The notes beneath the pieces were generated by a model. It was not told where the DNA came from and made no database searches. It was given only the letters and a program-made list of their open reading frames with translations. A program made the position numbers and the translations under genes. Of a stretch of 46,717 bases of DNA, positions 9,079 to 17,667 are shown piece after piece. This DNA comes from an uncultured Planctomycetaceae bacterium (GTDB taxonomy: Bacteria; Planctomycetota; Phycisphaerae; SM23-33): assembly GCA_964632015.1 (NCBI GenBank), contig CAZWAT010000002.1, forward strand, positions 1-46,717. The letters are read 5' to 3'. How positions within the stretch are numbered: position 1 is the stretch's first letter; each line of letters opens with the position of its first letter.

Positions 9079-9954
9079 ATGAAACTCACGCAACATTGGA
9101 GTAATATCATTCTGGTTGCTGGCTTCGTCTGCTGTGTCGCTTTGAGCGCACCTGCCTTGGCGGATACCTACAGTGACGCAGTGCTGGGTGATAATCCGCT
9201 GGGATACTGGCGGATGGACGGTTCTGGAGTCAACCAGGGTTCTGATGGAACCACTCTTCAACACAGTGATGTCAGTGTTAATACCGAGGCTGCGGGTCCC
9301 GGTGGGGAGTCGTATCCGGGATTTGACGGTGGCAACAGCGCCGTCTATTATAACGGCAGCGCTTTGGATACGGGCTTCAGCCGAGTTGGCGATGCCATTG
9401 AGCCCGATTCCTATGCGTATGACATCACCGGTGCGATGACTGTCGAGGCGTGGGTGAAGGCGGATGATCTTGATACCGGCAATCGCGCGATTGTCGCAAA
9501 CTTTCACAACACCAACGGCCATCGCTCTTACATGCTGTACCAGAACGGTAGCGGGTTGCGATTCAGTGTCAGCGGCGATGGCTCATCCAGTAATCTTGCC
9601 ACTGCGGTGACAAGCGGCTCGCTTACGACTGACGAATGGTACCACGTGGTTGGCGTGTTTCGTCCTTCCGAATCCGTTGAACTGTACGTGAACGGCGAAC
9701 TGGCGAGTTCAGTCACAAGCGGCGTGCCCGATAGTGCGTTTGTGTCCAAATACGCCACCTATATCGGCGCTCAGTGGACCAACAAAAACGTCGGTAGTTG
9801 GTTCCTGGGCTCCATTGACGAGGTGGCGATCTATGATAGTGCTCTTTCAGATACACAGATCAAGCAGCACTTTGATGCAGCTAGTATCCCCGAGCCTATG
9901 ACCCTTTCGCTTCTGACGGTCGTCGGTGGCTTCCTGGTGGCCCGTCGCAGGTAA
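9079..9954 (+). CDS. LamG (Laminin_G_3-like) domain protein with C-terminal PEP-CTERM sorting signal
   Basis: Signal peptide ends ALSAPALA. LamG motifs are MTVEAWVKADD, DEWYHVVGVF, LYVNGEL and GSIDEVAIYDSALSDTQIKQHF. The C-terminus is IPEPMTLSLLTVVGGFLVARRR, that is PEP, a TM helix and a basic tail. Confidence 0.85.
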   Translation: MKLTQHWSNIILVAGFVCCVALSAPALADTYSDAVLGDNPLGYWRMDGSGVNQGSDGTTLQHSDVSVNTEAAGPGGESYPGFDGGNSAVYYNGSALDTGFSRVGDAIEPDSYAYDITGAMTVEAWVKADDLDTGNRAIVANFHNTNGHRSYMLYQNGSGLRFSVSGDGSSSNLATAVTSGSLTTDEWYHVVGVFRPSESVELYVNGELASSVTSGVPDSAFVSKYATYIGAQWTNKNVGSWFLGSIDEVAIYDSALSDTQIKQHFDAASIPEPMTLSLLTVVGGFLVARRR

Positions 9955-9979
9955 TCAAGTTTTCTGTAGAATGTGCACA

Positions 9980-10018
9980 AATGGCCGGCTTCTTCGGGAG
10001 CCGGCCATTGCTTTATAT
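9980..10018 (+). terminator. Rho-independent terminator after the LamG/PEP-CTERM gene
   Basis: Perfect 11-bp stem AATGGCCGGCT / AGCCGGCCATT with an 8-nt loop, followed by GCTTTATAT. Confidence 0.7.
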
Positions 10019-10218
10019 GGGCAATGGGTTTCATCCACGGCCACCCGCCCGCTGGTGTTCGGCTGGTTCGTTGCAATTGCGTACGCTGTCCAATGACCAG
10101 CTTTTACACTGGCAATGTTATGCATGCGTTGGGGCTTTTCCGTCGTCGGCTTGTTTAGAAAGACTGGTGAGACTACAATCCCAGCTTTGGTATTGTCTCG
10201 TGTCGAGGTGACAGGGCG

Positions 10219-11430
10219 GTGAAGGTGATGATGTCCCGGAAGGAAACAACGAGAATTGTGGTTGCAGGGCATATATGCCTCGACATTCTTGTGGATATTG
10301 GAAATTTGTCGCAGGACGCGCTGGTCAAAGGCCTGGAACCGGGCAACCTTGTCAAGATCGGCGGAGCGAAGGTGACGACGGGCGGGACGGTTTCGAATAC
10401 TGGAATCGCGTTGCATCGCCTTGGTATGGATGTACGCCTTGTTGCCCGTGTTGGAGACGACGCCTTTGGTGAGGCGGTGGCGAACGTTGTCGAGGGGGTT
10501 GGTCGGGGTCTGGGACGCGATCTTGTCAGGGTTGCTGGTGAACCCACGTCATATACACTGGTGTTCAATCCGCTTGGTCGGGATCGGTCGTTTCTGCATT
10601 GTCCCGGAGTCAACGACACGTTCTGTGCCGATGATGTGGATTTTGCGATTGTTGGGCAGGCGGGGCTGCTGCATCTGGGTTATCCGCCCCTGATGCGGAA
10701 CATGTGGATAGACAAGGGTGGCGAACTGGCAAAGCTGTTCTCGCGAGCCAAAGAACACGGTATGACTACGTCGCTTGACATGGCCTGGCCAGATCCGGCA
10801 AGCGAGGCGGGACAGGCGAACTGGGGCGATATTCTTGCGAGTGTCCTTCCGGTGACGGACGTGTTCCTGCCCAGTATCGACGAGGCGCTTTTCATGGTCG
10901 ATCGGCGGACGTATGAACGTCTGGCTTCTGGCGAGGAGAAGATCAATGCAGATATGCTCGATACCCTTTCGCAAAGGCTTATTGATCAGGGTCCGGCAGT
11001 GGTGGGGCTTAAGCTGGGGCGCGATGGGTTGTATGTCAGGACGGCTGACAACGCGCAACGTTTTGCTCGCATGGGCGCTTGCGCCCCGGCGGATGTCGCC
11101 AACTGGATGGCTCGCCGGATGATTTCGCCATGCTTTGAAATTAAGGTTGCCGGCACAACCGGCGCGGGCGATTCGACCATCGCCGGATTCCTCGCCGGGC
11201 TTGTCAAAGGCATGCCGATCGAGTTCACTATGAATGCGGCGTGCGGAACGGGTGCGTGCAACTGTGAGAACCCGCTCTCGGCGGGCATGGTTCCGCATTG
11301 GGACGCATTGGTGAAGCGAGTTCCAGGCTGGAAGCGCCAGAAGGTGAGCGCCTCGCTGAAAGGCTGGGAGATAGACCCCAGCACGGGGTTGTATGTCTCG
11401 CCGGAGGACAGACAAATACGCAGGCGGTGA
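10219..11430 (+). CDS. PfkB-family carbohydrate kinase
   Basis: IVVAGHICLDIL near the N-terminus and the anion-hole/ATP motif VAGTTGAGDSTIAGFLAGL. The GTG start at 10219 follows GAGGTG (10205-10210). ATG 10228 is an alternative. Confidence 0.85.
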   Translation: MKVMMSRKETTRIVVAGHICLDILVDIGNLSQDALVKGLEPGNLVKIGGAKVTTGGTVSNTGIALHRLGMDVRLVARVGDDAFGEAVANVVEGVGRGLGRDLVRVAGEPTSYTLVFNPLGRDRSFLHCPGVNDTFCADDVDFAIVGQAGLLHLGYPPLMRNMWIDKGGELAKLFSRAKEHGMTTSLDMAWPDPASEAGQANWGDILASVLPVTDVFLPSIDEALFMVDRRTYERLASGEEKINADMLDTLSQRLIDQGPAVVGLKLGRDGLYVRTADNAQRFARMGACAPADVANWMARRMISPCFEIKVAGTTGAGDSTIAGFLAGLVKGMPIEFTMNAACGTGACNCENPLSAGMVPHWDALVKRVPGWKRQKVSASLKGWEIDPSTGLYVSPEDRQIRRR

Positions 11431-11538
11431 CAACCTTGTGAGATCCGCGGCGACGATGAAGCACCAGAGATGATATTTCCCGATTTGCCGATAGTTCCGG
11501 CGGCTGTTTTTCAGAAAATTTGAAAGGACAATACAGAA

Positions 11539-12948
11539 ATGAGTTCGTTGCAGGCTCTTCAGGACAAATTCGTCTGCCCCACGATGTTCTCGTTGATGTT
11601 GACGGTTGAGGAAGGTTCGCTTGACAGCGTCATTGAGTCCACAGCGTCGGCTGTGACAAAGGGTGGAGCAAAGCTCAAATCCCTCTCGTTGGCGGAGGTG
11701 CTCGACGACGGAAATCTCGTCTACGAGCTTGTGATGCTTAGCAGTGACGAGTGCCTTAAGAAGGTCACGCAGGGTCTGGCGGGCATTGTGGGCATGAAGC
11801 TTACGACCGTGCTTGACATGTCGTTTGAAAGCCACCGCGGCGGTTCGTGCGAAATGCGAAGCCGACGGGAGATCAAATCCAACACCGACCTGCGTGTCGT
11901 GTATACTCCTGGAGTTGCGAGGGTCTGCAAGGCAATCGAATCGCAACCAGAGTTGGCAAAGGAGTTTACAAACGTCCCCAACAAGGTTGCCATTTGCACC
12001 AACGGTACGGCGATACTGGGGCTTGGCGATATTGGGGCTCTTGCGGGGCTTCCGGTTATGGAGGGCAAGTCGGCGATTTTCTGGGAATTCGCCAGAATCT
12101 CGGCAGAGCCTGTGTTGATCGATACGCACGACGCCGACGAGTTCATCAACGTAATGGAGAAGATCGCTTGCGGGTTCGGCGCGGTGCAGGTCGAAGATGT
12201 CGCGGCTCCGGCGTGCTTCAAGATCACCCGCGAGCTTGACCGTCGGCTTGGAATCCCTGTCATGCACGACGACCAGCATGGTACGGCGACAGTTGTGTTG
12301 GCTGCACTGTATACCGCGCTTCGCAAATCCGGTAAGAAGATAGGCGATGTCTCTTGCGTGATGAGCGGAGCGGGGGCCGCGGGTACGGCGATTGCCGACT
12401 TGCTGAACCTTGCAGGGATTGCCGATGTAGTGGTGCTCGATCGCAAGGGCGCCATCTGCCGAGGAAGGGAAAGCCTCAACCCTGAGAAGCAGGCTCTTGC
12501 CGAGCGGACAAACAGACAGAATCAGAAGGGCGATCTCGCCGAGATCATGCGGGGCAAGGATTTGTTCATCGGGGTCAGCCAGGCCAACCTCGTTTCGAAG
12601 GATATGGTTCGCTCGATGTCCAAGGATCCGATCATCATGGCGTTGGCGAATCCCGTAGGCGAAATCTCGGTGCAGGATGCATATGAAGCGGGAGCGTCGG
12701 TGGCTACCGATGGGCGAGTGGTCAACAATGCCCTTGCGTACCCCGGAATGTTCCGCGGCGCGCTGGATTGTCAGGCAACCATGATCACGATGGAAATGGT
12801 CATGGCTGCCGCCAAGGCTCTTGCCGACAAGGTCAAAGGCGATGACCTGATGCCAGAGATGATGGACCCGTCTGTCCATCGGTCAGTCGCTCAGGCGATG
12901 ATTGACTCGGCGGGCACGGGTACGCCGCTCATCGCGTACGACGTGTAA
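11539..12948 (+). CDS. NAD(P)-dependent malic enzyme (short MaeB/YtsJ type) with an N-terminal ACT-like extension
   Basis: VVYTPGVARVC, NGTAILGLGDIGALAGLPVMEGKSAIF, VMHDDQHGTATVVLAAL and VMSGAGAAGTAIADLL. AAAGGA SD lies before the ATG. Confidence 0.9.
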   Translation: MSSLQALQDKFVCPTMFSLMLTVEEGSLDSVIESTASAVTKGGAKLKSLSLAEVLDDGNLVYELVMLSSDECLKKVTQGLAGIVGMKLTTVLDMSFESHRGGSCEMRSRREIKSNTDLRVVYTPGVARVCKAIESQPELAKEFTNVPNKVAICTNGTAILGLGDIGALAGLPVMEGKSAIFWEFARISAEPVLIDTHDADEFINVMEKIACGFGAVQVEDVAAPACFKITRELDRRLGIPVMHDDQHGTATVVLAALYTALRKSGKKIGDVSCVMSGAGAAGTAIADLLNLAGIADVVVLDRKGAICRGRESLNPEKQALAERTNRQNQKGDLAEIMRGKDLFIGVSQANLVSKDMVRSMSKDPIIMALANPVGEISVQDAYEAGASVATDGRVVNNALAYPGMFRGALDCQATMITMEMVMAAAKALADKVKGDDLMPEMMDPSVHRSVAQAMIDSAGTGTPLIAYDV

Positions 12949-12961
12949 AATGACAGGCACT

Positions 12962-13013
12962 CATGGCCCGGGCTTCGCTTGACATCGGGCGATGCCTGGG
13001 CCCTGGTGTTTTT
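12962..13013 (+). terminator. Probable intrinsic terminator of the malic enzyme gene
   Basis: GGCCCGGGC (12965-12973) pairs with GCCTGGGCC (12994-13002), with one G-U on the plus-strand RNA. It is followed by CTGGTGTTTTT. Confidence 0.5.
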
Positions 13014-13172
13014 GACACGTCGAGGCTGCAAGCAGGCGTTGCGTTAGTCCGCAAACGGGTATGGGCGCCGTTGGGTATTGCAGCCAGCTTCGGCGGGAAC
13101 ATGCATCGACAGCGCATTACATTGCGGCTTCGCCATGCCCCAAAAGGGTGGGGACTACAGGCGACCCTTTAT

Positions 13173-13361
13173 TTATTCCTCGATAGTGATTGCATCGACG
13201 GGACAGCTTGACGCTGCTTCGCGACAGGAATCATGCAATTCTTCTGGAACCGTGTCGACTTTGACTTTGGCGATTCCTGTGTCCGGTAGTTCGAATACTT
13301 CCGGGCATATTTCAACGCATAGGCCGCAACTGATGCAACTGTCATCTACCATGGCTTTCAT
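13173..13361 (-). CDS. Small 4Fe-4S ferredoxin
   Basis: 62 aa. CISCGLCVEICPEVF plus the distal SCPVDAI are typical of single-cluster ferredoxins. Confidence 0.85.
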   Translation of the reverse strand: MKAMVDDSCISCGLCVEICPEVFELPDTGIAKVKVDTVPEELHDSCREAASSCPVDAITIEE

Positions 13362-13527
13362 TTGCTTGCTCCTGTTGTGTCATATTATTCCTTGATTATT
13401 GAAAGGGGCAAAGTGGTGGGGCGTTTTTTTGGAAAAAGCCCTTTTATTACAAACAATCGACAATTCTGGCGTCTCCGCACATGCTGAATATATTGTTTGT
13501 GACGATGGAAAGGTTTTCCTCGTGAGC

Positions 13528-13930
13528 ATGACGGTACAGGTCGAATCGGACACATGGTGGGTTGGGGCGAACGATTACGAGACGAATCTGTTTGAATCGC
13601 TCTGGCCGCTGCCCAATGGCATCTCTTACAACTCCTTGCCGGGGATTGGTCTTTGCCGCGCCGACCTACAACACCACGCTGTTTCCGCTGATGGGTGCGC
13701 TGTTGGAGCATCTGGGCAATTTGAAACTCGCCAACAGGTATGTCGGTCTTGCGGGCACCTACGCGTGGGGCAAGGCGTCTGTGACGAAGATGCTGGAATT
13801 CGCCCGCTCAAGCAACCTTGAGGTGTTGTCGCCGACAATTGATGTTCATTGCTCACCGAGCAGTGAAGACATGCAAGCCTGCGAGCAACTCGGGCGCGAG
13901 ATGGCAAGGACGATCCTTGGCAAAAGCTAA
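13528..13930 (+). pseudogene. Flavodiiron protein (FprA/ROO family) remnant: N-terminal stub joined out of frame to the flavodoxin-domain tail
   Basis: Frame A: MTVQVESDTWWVGANDYETNLFESLWPLPNGISYNS matches an FDP N-terminus. Frame B, from about 13643: LVFAAPTYNTTLFPLMGALLEHLGNLKLANRYVGLAGTYAWGKAS matches the end of the flavodoxin domain. The metallo-beta-lactamase core, roughly 250-270 aa, is missing. Confidence 0.75.
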
Positions 13931-14367
13931 ATCGTGAACCTTTGCTTGCCTGAGACATCGATCGAATAGAACTGGCCGGGGATCAGCTTTATCCTGTTGA
14001 TGGCGCCTGCCTTATACCTTGACTGGATCTCTCGTCGAAGCCCGCTTTCGAGCAGGCTGTGAAGTTCAAATCGGTGCGGGGCGGAGTCCACCATTACCGT
14101 CAGCACGCCTCGATTGAAACTTTCGAGCGAGGTGTGACTGTTGATGTGCTCGGGTATTGTCTCGTCCCATATTGCCGCGAGTTGCCCAAGTCGTCTCACC
14201 CGCTTGGCAAGATTCTGCTTCATGAGCATGGTCAGAGGGGCACTGAGGTGCGAACCCTTGTCGGTGGTCTGTCTTTGGAGCCAGATTGTCTGAAGTTGTG
14301 CGTCATCCATGACAATACGCTCTGAATCCTTCAACCGTGGGCCGTCTTGTACGGCGTTGCACGGCAA
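13927..14367 (-). CDS. dciA: DUF721 / DciA-like protein (putative replicative helicase loader)
   Basis: LGQLAAIWDETIPEHINSHTSLESFNRGVLTVMVDSAPHRFELHSLLESGLRREIQ fits the DUF721 pattern. It lies immediately downstream of dnaN. The start may be ATG 14310 rather than 14367. Confidence 0.6.
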   Translation of the reverse strand: MPCNAVQDGPRLKDSERIVMDDAQLQTIWLQRQTTDKGSHLSAPLTMLMKQNLAKRVRRLGQLAAIWDETIPEHINSHTSLESFNRGVLTVMVDSAPHRFELHSLLESGLRREIQSRYKAGAINRIKLIPGQFYSIDVSGKQRFTI

Positions 14368-14441
14368 GGTTGGCTGGTGAAACGCGTTTTCAATTTAATC
14401 GGCAAGGTCGTTGGCGATTCGCCAACTATTTTCCATGCGAG

Positions 14442-15542
14442 CTATCCAAGATCCACTGGCATGAGGACGTAGAGGAAATCCGTCCCCGCCTTGAGCACAG
14501 CGGGCTTGTTGGGGGCGTTCATCTCGAACGCCACGTTTTCGGTATCGCATACACGAAGGGCGTCGATCATGAACGAAGGGTTGAAGCCCATGTCGATCGG
14601 CTCGCCATCGAAACTGACAGGGCACTTGACGACAGCTTCGCCGGCGTCAGAGGCCCGACTGGCTAATGTCAGCTCTTCCGCGGTGAAACTGAGCTTGATT
14701 CCTTTGCTGTCTTCGTTTGAAAGCAGGGCCGCCTGGCGGATGCGGTGCTCGAACTGGTCGGTCTTGATGGTCGCCTTGCGGGAGCATTCTTTCGGAATGA
14801 CATCGCCGTATTTCGGAAAATTGCCCTGCACGAGCGAGCTTACCAGTACGGCTCTGCTTGTTCGGACGAGTATCTGGCTTTCAAGGATTTTGACGTCCAG
14901 CACTTCTTCGCCGTCGCCCGCGACACGCGCGATGAGCGACATGAGTTTTGCGGGGACGATGGCGGATACATCTTTTTCGGCAGGCTTCTTCAGGGTTCCG
15001 CGCGCCTGTGCGAGGCGATGTCCGTCAGTGGCCACAAGCGAGAGCTTCTTGGCGCTTGCTTCCCAAAGGACGCCGCTGATGGCGTAATGGCTGTGCGCCT
15101 TGGCTGCGGCGAACAGGCTCTTGCTGACCATTGCCGACAACACGTCTGCTGAAACCTGGAAATCAGCGGGTTCCTCGAAATCCGCAACCGCGGGGTACTC
15201 GCCGGGGTCAAATCCATAGACTTTAAAGTGGCTTGCCGCGCCTTTGACATGGCAGAGTTCCTTGTCGGTTTCGATCGTGAGACTGTCGTCGTCTCCGCTT
15301 TCTCGCACGATACCGATAAGCCTGCTTGCGGGAACCAGCGCTTCGCCTTCTTCTTCGATCTGCACGGCGGTCACGTGGTATCGGCATCCTGCTTCAAGAT
15401 CGGTCGACATTATTGTCAACATATTATCCGCGGCAACGAGCTTAACGCATTGCAGAACGGGCTTTGGAGTTCTGGTGGCGACGATGCTACCTGTCAGATT
15501 CAGCGCTTCGGCCAGCGCAGCCGTCTGTGCTATCACCTTCAT
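14442..15542 (-). CDS. dnaN: DNA polymerase III beta sliding clamp
   Basis: 366 aa. MKVIAQTAALAEALNLTGSIVATRTPKPVLQCVKLVAADNMLTIMSTDLE has the typical three-domain clamp layout. ATG 15542 is preferred over TTG 15548. Confidence 0.95.
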   Translation of the reverse strand: MKVIAQTAALAEALNLTGSIVATRTPKPVLQCVKLVAADNMLTIMSTDLEAGCRYHVTAVQIEEEGEALVPASRLIGIVRESGDDDSLTIETDKELCHVKGAASHFKVYGFDPGEYPAVADFEEPADFQVSADVLSAMVSKSLFAAAKAHSHYAISGVLWEASAKKLSLVATDGHRLAQARGTLKKPAEKDVSAIVPAKLMSLIARVAGDGEEVLDVKILESQILVRTSRAVLVSSLVQGNFPKYGDVIPKECSRKATIKTDQFEHRIRQAALLSNEDSKGIKLSFTAEELTLASRASDAGEAVVKCPVSFDGEPIDMGFNPSFMIDALRVCDTENVAFEMNAPNKPAVLKAGTDFLYVLMPVDLG

Positions 15543-15652
15543 GGTCAAGCCTTTCTTTTTCGAAAACCAGGGCTTAAACGCCCTGTCAATATCGCATCGT
15601 TATACGACGCGAAGCATCTGGATGCAAGAGAACAGAGTAATCTTGTCAGGGT

Positions 15653-16513
15653 CTATCGGGGTTTGGATGGAGCAATCTTGCCATCGATCACCTGGCGGAT
15701 GAAACTTCCCAGTCCGTCTGTTATGACATGGTTGGCGCGGGAACGAACTTCCTTGGGGGCGGTGGGGAATGTGGCGCCAATTCCAGCATTTGCGATCATG
15801 GGAATGTCGTTGACATCGTCACCGATGGCGGCAATGGCGGAGGCGGGAATTCTGAGCCCCTGTGCTATGTATGTCACCGCTCTGAATTTGTCGGCCTTGG
15901 GATGAAACGCCTCCACCACGTGCACGCCGTAGTTAGGGGCAAGCAGGGAATGAATGTTCAACCTGCCCTCAAAACGCTCCCTGAGCAGTTGAGCAAGCGA
16001 GGCGGCTTTGTCGACGGGCGCCACCGCGTTGATGCGAAGCGGCGTGGGCATGTCAGTCATCGCCCTTAGACTCTTGCCTCGACGCACACGCACATTCATC
16101 TTGGAAAACCACAATTTCATCGCCGATTCGCCATCGCCATTCTCGCCGAGGTAGTAGTCCGTCCCATGACGCCACCTGTCAACGAACGCCAGCGACGCGA
16201 AACCCGCCTCGCCAAGCGTGCTGTCAAGCTCGTGGGCAACGTCAAGCTCGATCGGGCGATGGTAGAGGGTTCTTCTCGTGTCGACTTCGCAGACCATCGC
16301 CCCACCTATCACCACCATGGGAAGATACGGTGGGTCGAGGCGAAGCTGTTTCCAGACGGGCATGGTTTCCACCAGTGATCGACCCGTGGCGATGCACACG
16401 CCTACGCCGGCATTCTGGGCGTAGTGCAGGGCTTCAATGGTTTCGGGGGCGACTATCTGGTTTGAATCGACCAGCGTTCCGTCAACGTCTATGGCAATAA
16501 GTCGGCATTTCAT
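15653..16513 (-). CDS. Cof-type HAD-IIB family hydrolase (sugar-phosphatase-like)
   Basis: MKCRLIAIDVDGTLVDSN (DxDGT motif), CIATGRS and AIGDDVNDIPM. Confidence 0.85.
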   Translation of the reverse strand: MKCRLIAIDVDGTLVDSNQIVAPETIEALHYAQNAGVGVCIATGRSLVETMPVWKQLRLDPPYLPMVVIGGAMVCEVDTRRTLYHRPIELDVAHELDSTLGEAGFASLAFVDRWRHGTDYYLGENGDGESAMKLWFSKMNVRVRRGKSLRAMTDMPTPLRINAVAPVDKAASLAQLLRERFEGRLNIHSLLAPNYGVHVVEAFHPKADKFRAVTYIAQGLRIPASAIAAIGDDVNDIPMIANAGIGATFPTAPKEVRSRANHVITDGLGSFIRQVIDGKIAPSKPR

Positions 16514-16579
16514 GGACACGAAATACTACGTTCGGCCCGTCCAAAAGACCAAGCATAAATCGATCAATCCGCACTATCC

Positions 16580-17503
16580 CTATGCGCCGCTGGTGATGCG
16601 TAGTGACGGGTCCACGTCCATACCCTTGCCGATCATCCGGCAGCTCCAGATGGCCCACCCGTTGAGTATGCTGTCGTTGCGGATGTTAGAGAGGTAAATG
16701 TAGATGGGCCTGAGACGCTCGAATGTCGCTGACCTCAAAGCCACGTGCAGCGGGTCGAGCGGAACCCACCCGTAATCGGTTGTGTAAACCTCGACCCAGT
16801 TGTGATGGGGAACGTCACTGAAATTGGTTATCAACCCGCTGATCGCTCGTGCGGGGATTCCCCTTGCCCGAAGAAGCGCGATCAGGAGGTCGGAGTATTC
16901 TGTGCAATCGCCCCGTCCGAACCGCCAGGCGCCCAACGCGCCAAGCTCCTGTGATTGAAAACCACTGTAACTCAGTCGCGAAAGCACCACCCCCAGGGCA
17001 GAGCGCATGATGTCGATCTCGTTGTCACCGGAGATACGGTCAGCCGCCTTGCGTAACTCGCTGGAATTGGTTTCGATCTTGCGCTCGTGCCGCAGGTACA
17101 TGTGGAGATTTTCGCCTGGCTCGCTGTGGCCTGGTCCCAGGTTCATTGCGGTTGCCAGATCGTGAGGATGAAGCTGTGCATCAACGCTGATGACGATTTC
17201 CACCGGATCGCTGGCGTTGACGATGTCGAATTGGGCATACAGGTTGCCATTCTTCTTGAAGACGCTGTCGGGCTGGCGAGAATATGATATGTCTTGCACT
17301 GTCTGCCGGTCAGCAATGGTCCGGGGTAGCAGGGTGATAAGCGATGCACCCGCGCCGGGGGATCTGGGTGTCAGAGTGTACGTGATGTCGAATGACACGC
17401 CCCTGGACGCCGGTAGTGAGGGGGCGCGTGAATCCTGAAGATTAGCAAAAGTCAAGCCGCATGGAAGCAGCACAGCCAGCAAGATCAGGCCTGGATTCTT
17501 CAT
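16580..17503 (-). CDS. Secreted transglutaminase-like cysteine protease-fold protein
   Basis: Signal peptide MKNPGLILLAVLLPCGLTFA. Transglutaminase core motifs are GRGDCTEYSDLLIALLRARGIPARAISG, HNWVEVYT and GWVPLDP. Confidence 0.85.
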   Translation of the reverse strand: MKNPGLILLAVLLPCGLTFANLQDSRAPSLPASRGVSFDITYTLTPRSPGAGASLITLLPRTIADRQTVQDISYSRQPDSVFKKNGNLYAQFDIVNASDPVEIVISVDAQLHPHDLATAMNLGPGHSEPGENLHMYLRHERKIETNSSELRKAADRISGDNEIDIMRSALGVVLSRLSYSGFQSQELGALGAWRFGRGDCTEYSDLLIALLRARGIPARAISGLITNFSDVPHHNWVEVYTTDYGWVPLDPLHVALRSATFERLRPIYIYLSNIRNDSILNGWAIWSCRMIGKGMDVDPSLRITSGA

Positions 17504-17667
17504 GTATATGTAATGCTCCTGTAATGGCGGTGTATTGAAAATCCCCACCATGTGACTGGTGGTACTACGGGGTTTGATTATACGAAACTTGCGGGGGGAT
17601 GATTCAAGTCGATGTGGCGCGGGGGCGACGCCTATAATTCATCGCGGGATTATGAAAGGGGACGATC

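Noticed and set aside
10073-10086. Overlapping short palindromes GCAATTGC and GCGTACGC upstream of the PfkB kinase gene.
   Set aside because: 8-bp palindromes are too short to be significant on their own, and there is no second copy or promoter context.
10549-12879. A 776-aa minus-strand ORF, the third-longest in the window.
   Set aside because: It runs antisense across both the PfkB kinase and the malic enzyme, including their intergenic gap. Its product is Arg/His/Pro-rich with no motifs, while both sense genes carry textbook family motifs. It is a shadow ORF of GC-rich coding DNA.
15543-15652. Possible oriC or DnaA boxes near dnaN. I also noticed isolated 8/9 matches such as TGTGGATGA at 32809-32817 and GGTGGATAA near 26847.
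   Set aside because: There is no cluster of boxes and no AT-rich unwinding element. The single near-matches are expected by chance or lie inside coding sequence.
14491-15905. Plus-strand ORFs of 198, 135, 225 and 152 aa over dnaN and the HAD hydrolase.
   Set aside because: They are antisense to two well-supported genes and have no SD or motifs.
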